Of a stretch of DNA of 64,000 nt, positions 58,601-64,000 are shown piece by piece (position 1 is the first letter of the stretch; each line of letters opens with the position of its first letter). Position numbers and translations under genes: made by a program. The notes under the pieces are model-generated. The model made no database searches. It was not told the DNA's origin and was given only the letters and a program-made list of their open reading frames with translations. Source of the stretch: Haemophilus parainfluenzae (lineage in GTDB: Bacteria > Pseudomonadota > Gammaproteobacteria > Enterobacterales > Pasteurellaceae). The stretch is taken from NCBI GenBank assembly GCA_018378615.1, contig JAGZXE010000004.1:4749-68748 (forward strand), read 5' to 3'.

Positions 58601-59575
58601 ATGCCACAAATTACCTTAACGGCTGAAATTCAGCCCGAACAAATGGGACAGCGTTTAGACCAAACCCTCGCAGAGTTGTTCCCAGAATATTCCCGTTCGC
58701 GTTTAAAAACCTGGATTGAAGCAAAACAGGTAAAAATGAACGGTGAAATTGCTGATATTCCACGTGCAAAAGTTTATGGCGGAGAGCAAATTGAAATTTC
58801 GGTAGAAGTAGAAGATGAAAACCGTTTTGAGCCACAAAATATTCCACTTAATATCGTTTATGAAGATGACGATATTATCGTGATTAACAAACCTAAAGAT
58901 CTCGTGGTTCACCCAGGTGCGGGCAATCCGGATGGCACGGTACTTAACGCGCTACTCTATCACTATCCACCTATTGCCGAAGTACCGCGCGCAGGAATTG
59001 TGCATCGTTTAGATAAAGACACAACAGGTCTGATGGTTGTTGCCAAAACCATTCCAGCACAAACGAAGCTTGTGCGTGATTTACAAAAACGCAAAATCAC
59101 TCGTGAATACGAAGCCGTTGCAAGTGGTATTATGACTAAAGGTGGAACCGTAGATCAGCCAATGGCTCGTCACGCCACCAAACGTACATTGATGGCGGTT
59201 CACCCAATGGGTAAACCGGCTGTGACGCACTATCGCATTATGGAAAATTTCCGTAATTACACGCGTTTACGCTTACGTTTAGAAACAGGCCGCACTCACC
59301 AAATTCGTGTGCACATGGCACATATTGCGCATCCACTATTGGGTGATCAAACCTACGGTGGTCGTCCTCGTCCACCTAAAAATGCAAGCGAAGCCTTCAA
59401 TGAGGTTCTGCGTAATTTTAAACGCCAGGCCTTACATGCGGTTATGTTGCGTTTAGCTCACCCAATTACAGGTGAAATGATGGAATGGTATGCGCCATTG
59501 CCGGATGACTTTGTCGAATTACTGTATGCCTTAAAAGCGGATTACCTTGAACACAAAGACGAATTGGATTATTAA
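58601..59575 (+). CDS. rluD: 23S rRNA pseudouridine synthase D
   Basis: S4 domain, GIVHRLDKDTTG and GRTHQIRVH. Confidence 0.97.
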   Translation: MPQITLTAEIQPEQMGQRLDQTLAELFPEYSRSRLKTWIEAKQVKMNGEIADIPRAKVYGGEQIEISVEVEDENRFEPQNIPLNIVYEDDDIIVINKPKDLVVHPGAGNPDGTVLNALLYHYPPIAEVPRAGIVHRLDKDTTGLMVVAKTIPAQTKLVRDLQKRKITREYEAVASGIMTKGGTVDQPMARHATKRTLMAVHPMGKPAVTHYRIMENFRNYTRLRLRLETGRTHQIRVHMAHIAHPLLGDQTYGGRPRPPKNASEAFNEVLRNFKRQALHAVMLRLAHPITGEMMEWYAPLPDDFVELLYALKADYLEHKDELDY

Positions 59576-59576
59576 G

Positions 59577-60314
59577 ATGAAAACTATTATTCCAAACTGG
59601 AATGTTCCACCACATATCCAAGCGTTTACAACCACAAGAGAAGGTGGCGTAAGCCTGCCGCCTTTCGATAGTTTCAATTTAGGTGATCATGTCGAAGATG
59701 ATAAAAGTGCGGTCAAAACTAACCGCACTTTATTGGTCGAAAAATTTAATCTGCCACATTTCCCGTTGTTTTTAACTCAAACACATAGCACTCGTGTGAT
59801 TACGGTGCCTTATGAGGACAATGATTTAGAGGCTGATGCGGTTTACACCAATCAACCTAACCAAGTATGTTTGGTGATGACAGCTGATTGCTTGCCTGTT
59901 TTATTCACTAATAAACAAGGCACTGAAGTGGCTGCCGCCCATGCTGGCTGGCGCGGACTCTGTGATGGTGTATTAGAAGAAACAGTGAAATGTTTCCAAT
60001 CAGCCCCCGAAGAGATTATTGCGTGGTTTGGGCCTGCAATCGGACCTAATGCGTTCCAGGTTGGCAAAGAAGTGATTGCGCAATTTATGGCTTTTGACCC
60101 GATTGCAGAAACAGCTTTTCGACCAGATCCGAATGAAGCAGGAAAATACCTCGGCAATCTTTATCAAATCGCCACACAACGCCTCAACAAATTAGGTATT
60201 ACCCAAATTTACGGTGGGGAGCATTGCACATTCAATGAAAAAGAGAGCTTCTTTTCCTATCGTCGAGATGGCAAAACAGGTCGAATGGCGAGTCTGATTT
60301 GGATAAAAAAATAA
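59577..60314 (+). CDS. pgeF: Peptidoglycan editing factor PgeF (YfiH)
   Basis: TADCLPV, AHAGWRG and FFSYRR. Confidence 0.95.
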   Translation: MKTIIPNWNVPPHIQAFTTTREGGVSLPPFDSFNLGDHVEDDKSAVKTNRTLLVEKFNLPHFPLFLTQTHSTRVITVPYEDNDLEADAVYTNQPNQVCLVMTADCLPVLFTNKQGTEVAAAHAGWRGLCDGVLEETVKCFQSAPEEIIAWFGPAIGPNAFQVGKEVIAQFMAFDPIAETAFRPDPNEAGKYLGNLYQIATQRLNKLGITQIYGGEHCTFNEKESFFSYRRDGKTGRMASLIWIKK

Positions 60315-60326
60315 ACCTATCAATAC

Positions 60327-60359
60327 AATAAACCGCACATTAAAGTGCGGTTTATTTTT
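60327..60359. terminator. Bidirectional USS-derived terminator
   Basis: AATAAACCGCAC-ATTAAA-GTGCGGTTTATT between convergent genes. Confidence 0.82.
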
Positions 60360-60362
60360 GAC

Positions 60363-60782
60363 TTATTCTGAATAGTTTTCAAACCAACTTTCTAAAATCA
60401 AGCAAGCAGAAATCCCATCTACTTTACCTTTATTGAGGGCACGATAACCGCCACGCTGGAAAATTTCATCTCGAGCAGAAACCGTTGTTAAACGCTCATC
60501 TTGCAGTTCTACTTTGATACCGAAACGACCATTTAAGCGATTAGCAAATTTTTTCGCACGAAGTGTTAAATCTTGCTCAGTACCATCCATATTTAAAGGC
60601 AATCCCACCACAATAACATCAGGTTTCCAGTCTTTTAAGCATTTTTCAATAGCATCCCAGTTTGGAATCCCATCTTGCGCTTTAAATGCAGGCAAGGCTT
60701 GCGCTGTACCCGTGATACTTTGCCCGACTGCACAACCAATGCTTTTTGTGCCAAAATCAAATGCGATTGCCGTGATGCCCAT
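60363..60782 (-). CDS. ruvX: Pre-16S rRNA nuclease YqgF/RuvX
   Basis: [19 protein letters not shown] and DERLTT. Confidence 0.95.
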   Translation of the reverse strand: MGITAIAFDFGTKSIGCAVGQSITGTAQALPAFKAQDGIPNWDAIEKCLKDWKPDVIVVGLPLNMDGTEQDLTLRAKKFANRLNGRFGIKVELQDERLTTVSARDEIFQRGGYRALNKGKVDGISACLILESWFENYSE

Positions 60783-61342
60783 TAACTATGCCCTACTTGT
60801 GAAAAGACAAAATTATGAGGATTAATCCCCAATAATTGATTCGCTGCAGGATAACGATCTTCATAAATCGTTTCAAATAAAATGGTGTCTGAAGCAGGTG
60901 CCACTAACCACGCATTATCTGCAATCTCTTGTTCTAACTGTCCTGCGGTCCAACTTGCACAACCGAGAGCCACAAGATATTTTTCGGGCGCATCCTCTGA
61001 ACCAAAGGTTTCTACAATATCTGCCGAAGTGGTCAGAAACATCTCATCGGTAATTTTATAACTGTGCTCAAATTCTTTCGCAGCTTTCTTATGCAGAATA
61101 AAACCACGCTCGGAATGTACTGGGCCACCCGCAAGTACAAGTTCATTGCTAAAAGTGCGGTCATTTTTCATCATAAAATTCATTTTTGAATACAGTTCAG
61201 CAATGCTTAAATCGGTGGGTTGATTAATCACTAAACCCATCGAACCTTGCTCATTATGCTCGCACATATACACCACGGTATTTTGGAAATAATCCTCCAA
61301 CTGTGGCATCGCAATTAAAAATTGCCCTTGTAAATCCATCAT
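60782..61342 (-). CDS. yqgE: YqgE/AlgH family protein
   Basis: FLIAMP, GGPV and [12 protein letters not shown]. Confidence 0.93.
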   Translation of the reverse strand: MMDLQGQFLIAMPQLEDYFQNTVVYMCEHNEQGSMGLVINQPTDLSIAELYSKMNFMMKNDRTFSNELVLAGGPVHSERGFILHKKAAKEFEHSYKITDEMFLTTSADIVETFGSEDAPEKYLVALGCASWTAGQLEQEIADNAWLVAPASDTILFETIYEDRYPAANQLLGINPHNFVFSQVGHS

Positions 61343-62076
61343 TATCCCAAATCTCCAAAACAAATTTGTAACGCACTAATAGCCGCTAACGAAGCGGTTT
61401 CTGTGCGTAACACACGCTTTCCTAATAAAATTTCAGTGAATCCTTGTTGTTCAGTTTGCGCGATTTCTTGAGGTGACAAACCGCCTTCTGAACCAATAAG
61501 CAAACGAACACCTTCTTTTGGTATGGAAGGCAAGGTTTTAATTGAATATTGGGCTCTTGGATGTAAATTCAATTTCAGCGCGCCATCATTTTCAGCACAC
61601 CAATCTTGTAATTTCATTAACGGACGAATTTCTGGCACAACGTTACGTCCACATTGTTCACAAGCCGCAATGGCAATTTTTTGCCATTGTTGGATTTTCT
61701 TATCCATGCGTTCACCATCCAACTTCACCCCACAGCGTTCCGACCACAATGGTGTAATCATATTTACGCCCAACTCTACTGATTTCTGAATGGTAAATTC
61801 CATTCGATCGCCACGTGAAATAACCTGCCCTAAATGAATCGATAAATTCGACTCTTTATCACTTAATTCACAACCAAGAATTTCCACCTTAACGGCTTTT
61901 TTGCTCGCTTCAATAATTTTTGCTGGATAAATATGATTACTTCCATCAAATAATTCAATTTGCTCACCTTCTGTCATACGAAGTACACGTCCTACGTGAT
62001 TAGCCGCATCCTCTGAAAGTTGGCAAGTAGATTGATTTTTAAGGGATTCTGGATGATAAATTCTTGGAATACGCAT
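61342..62076 (-). CDS. rsmE: 16S rRNA m3U1498 methyltransferase
   Basis: [21 protein letters not shown] and LRTETA. Confidence 0.97.
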   Translation of the reverse strand: MRIPRIYHPESLKNQSTCQLSEDAANHVGRVLRMTEGEQIELFDGSNHIYPAKIIEASKKAVKVEILGCELSDKESNLSIHLGQVISRGDRMEFTIQKSVELGVNMITPLWSERCGVKLDGERMDKKIQQWQKIAIAACEQCGRNVVPEIRPLMKLQDWCAENDGALKLNLHPRAQYSIKTLPSIPKEGVRLLIGSEGGLSPQEIAQTEQQGFTEILLGKRVLRTETASLAAISALQICFGDLG

Positions 62077-62100
62077 AATATTGAGTCTTTGATATAAGGA

Positions 62101-62130
62101 AAAAGTGCGGTCATTTTCAACCGCACTTTT
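62101..62130. repeat. Inverted USS pair (probable fadR terminator)
   Basis: AAAAGTGCGGT-CATTTTCA-ACCGCACTTTT. Confidence 0.85.
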
Positions 62131-62134
62131 AATA

Positions 62135-62863
62135 TTATTCTGTTGCTAAATCTTTTGGCAAGCTTTCTAAAATGGCTCGCCAGTAGGCGGAAGTCACTTG
62201 CTTGTGTTTACGAATACATTCCACCACTAAATCGGATTGACCTTTTTCACAAATATCACGTAATTCTACATAAAAATCATGTGTCACTTGGCGATGTTTT
62301 TCTTCGCTGAAAAACAATAAACCAATTTTATGATAAACCCCACGTAAACTATTAAAAATTAAACGATAGAAAGGTTTATTAGCCATTACTGTAAATTGAC
62401 GGAATAAGGCATAGTCAAACTCCATGTAACTTTCAGCGGTGTTTTCTAATGAATCTAGCCCTTTAAACAAAGCAACCGAGGCTTTAGGCGAATTTTTTAC
62501 GGCTTCATAAATATAAGATTCAGACATACGACTACGCAACGAAAGCATATTTTCAATGATTAATGGCGCACTTTGACGATCTAAAGTAATTAAGGTTTCA
62601 ATAATGCTTGGACCAGCTGTATCCCAAATATTATTGACTTTTGTTGGCTTGCCGTGTTGAATGGTAAGCCAGCCATCACGAGCCAAACGCTGCAATACTT
62701 CGCGTAACGTGGTGCGTGTTACACCAATTTTATCAGCTAAATCACGCTCAGAAGGAAGATTGGTGCCTGCGGGAAATACATTATCCCAAATACTTCTAAC
62801 AATATATTCTTCGGCAAGAGCGGCTGGGCTTTGAGCCCGTAAAAGGGTATTATCTGTTTGCAT
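62135..62863 (-). CDS. fadR: Fatty acid metabolism regulator FadR
   Basis: GntR HTH (LPSERDL...[26 protein letters not shown]); start ATG 62863; divergent from nhaB. Confidence 0.96.
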   Translation of the reverse strand: MQTDNTLLRAQSPAALAEEYIVRSIWDNVFPAGTNLPSERDLADKIGVTRTTLREVLQRLARDGWLTIQHGKPTKVNNIWDTAGPSIIETLITLDRQSAPLIIENMLSLRSRMSESYIYEAVKNSPKASVALFKGLDSLENTAESYMEFDYALFRQFTVMANKPFYRLIFNSLRGVYHKIGLLFFSEEKHRQVTHDFYVELRDICEKGQSDLVVECIRKHKQVTSAYWRAILESLPKDLATE

Positions 62864-62997
62864 GAGTATGAAATAAATATAAAAAAATCTAAAAAGATCA
62901 AAAAAATGTGATTTATTCAATAAATCTTTAACTGGTCTATTATCCTTTAAAGCAGTATATATTACAATGACAGGACTATAAAAAAACGGAGTTCGAT

Positions 62998-64000
62998 ATG
63001 ACTTACACACAAGCATTCATGAAAAACTTTCTGGGCGCAAGTCCAGATTGGTATAAATTAACCATTATTGCCTTCTTGGTAATTAACCCGATTTTATTCT
63101 TTTTTGTTAGTCCATTTTTTGCAGGCTGGCTACTCGTTGCAGAGTTTATTTTCACCCTAGCCATGGCATTAAAATGCTACCCTCTTCAACCAGGTGGTTT
63201 ATTAGCATTTGAAGCCATTGCCATTGGCATGACGAATGCCGAACACGTTAAAGCGGAGATCGTGGCAAACTTTGAAGTGGTTTTACTTTTAATCTTCATG
63301 GTCGCCGGTATTTATTTTATGAAGCAACTTTTGCTTTATGTGTTCACCAAATTATTAGTGCGTATCCGTTCTAAAATCGTTCTCTCTTTAGCATTCTGTT
63401 TTAGTGCTGCATTTCTTTCAGCTTTCTTAGATGCATTGACTGTTGTGGCGGTCATCATCAGTGTTGCCATGGGCTTCTATGGGGTCTATCACAAAGTAGC
63501 ATCAGGAAAAAATCTGCAGGATGCGGTTGATATTGCCGATGATAACAAAATCAAAAATCATGAAACTCTCGAAAAATTCCGCTCTTTCTTACGTAGCTTA
63601 ATGATGCATGCTGGTGTCGGTACCGCACTCGGTGGTGTAATGACCATGGTGGGTGAGCCACAAAACTTAATTATTGCAGAACAAGCTAAATGGAATTTCA
63701 TTGAATTTTTCTTCCGCATGGCTCCTGTAACAGTCCCTGTATTTATCTGCGGATTACTCACTTGTATTTTAGTCGAAAAATTTAAATTATTCGGTTATGG
63801 TGAAAAACTACCGGAAGAAGTATGGCAAGTCTTAGCGGATTTAGATCGTGAAAACGCACAAAAAATGTCTAAACAAGATAAGATTCGTCTTTCTGTCCAA
63901 GCGGTTATCGCGGTTTGGTTGATCTTAGGTTTAGCCTTCCATTTAGCGGCTGTAGGCATGATTGGTTTAAGTGTGATTATCCTTGCAACAACCTTTACTG
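62998..64000 (+). CDS. nhaB: Na+/H+ antiporter NhaB (5' part; runs off window)
   Basis: Manual translation [21 protein letters not shown]...[21 protein letters not shown]; absent from the ORF track. Confidence 0.96.
   Translation, partial: MTYTQAFMKNFLGASPDWYKLTIIAFLVINPILFFFVSPFFAGWLLVAEFIFTLAMALKCYPLQPGGLLAFEAIAIGMTNAEHVKAEIVANFEVVLLLIFMVAGIYFMKQLLLYVFTKLLVRIRSKIVLSLAFCFSAAFLSAFLDALTVVAVIISVAMGFYGVYHKVASGKNLQDAVDIADDNKIKNHETLEKFRSFLRSLMMHAGVGTALGGVMTMVGEPQNLIIAEQAKWNFIEFFFRMAPVTVPVFICGLLTCILVEKFKLFGYGEKLPEEVWQVLADLDRENAQKMSKQDKIRLSVQAVIAVWLILGLAFHLAAVGMIGLSVIILATTFT

Noticed and set aside
62904..62925. AAATGTGATTTATTCAATAAA as a CRP or FNR site
   Set aside because: Only one convincing half-site

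Overview
Core-genome segment of a Pasteurellaceae chromosome, most likely a Haemophilus parainfluenzae-like organism. The attribution is inferred from more than 40 Haemophilus-type uptake sequences (AAGTGCGGT, counted by eye), the gene content, and the absence of lic3A beside galE-ampG-adk. Most of the window is housekeeping: era-rnc-lepB-lepA, grcA, ung, tadA-thyA-lgt-rppH, ampD, the competence pilus operon pilABCD with a perfect CRP-S site, coaE-yacG, rhlB, mreBCD, rlmH-mrdA-rodA-rlpA-dacA-ybeD-lipB-lipA, adk-ampG-galE, an S8 protease autotransporter, ppa, a PurR-controlled NCS2 permease, trhP, queA-tgt-yajC-secD-secF, glnB-mog, clpB, 6S RNA-fau, bamD-rluD-pgeF, ruvX-yqgE-rsmE and fadR-nhaB. 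Five observations stand out. (1) A dense DnaA-box cluster upstream of rppH has the core geometry and gene position of an E. coli DARS2-type DnaA-reactivating sequence. (2) An AT-rich islet without uptake sequences, between trhP and queA, encodes a stand-alone HNH-type nuclease fused to an unrecognised C-terminal domain (candidate defence gene) plus decayed gene remnants. (3) An AT-rich orphan gene resembles polymorphic-toxin immunity proteins. (4) Four conserved genes (rnc, a YddA-like ABC transporter, rsfS, trhP) each have a clean deletion junction, which may be an assembly artefact. (5) A sigma-32 promoter has an uptake sequence as its spacer. No CRISPR array, tRNA, rRNA, integrase or transposase was seen. 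Gene calls come from motif recognition and synteny, not database searches.
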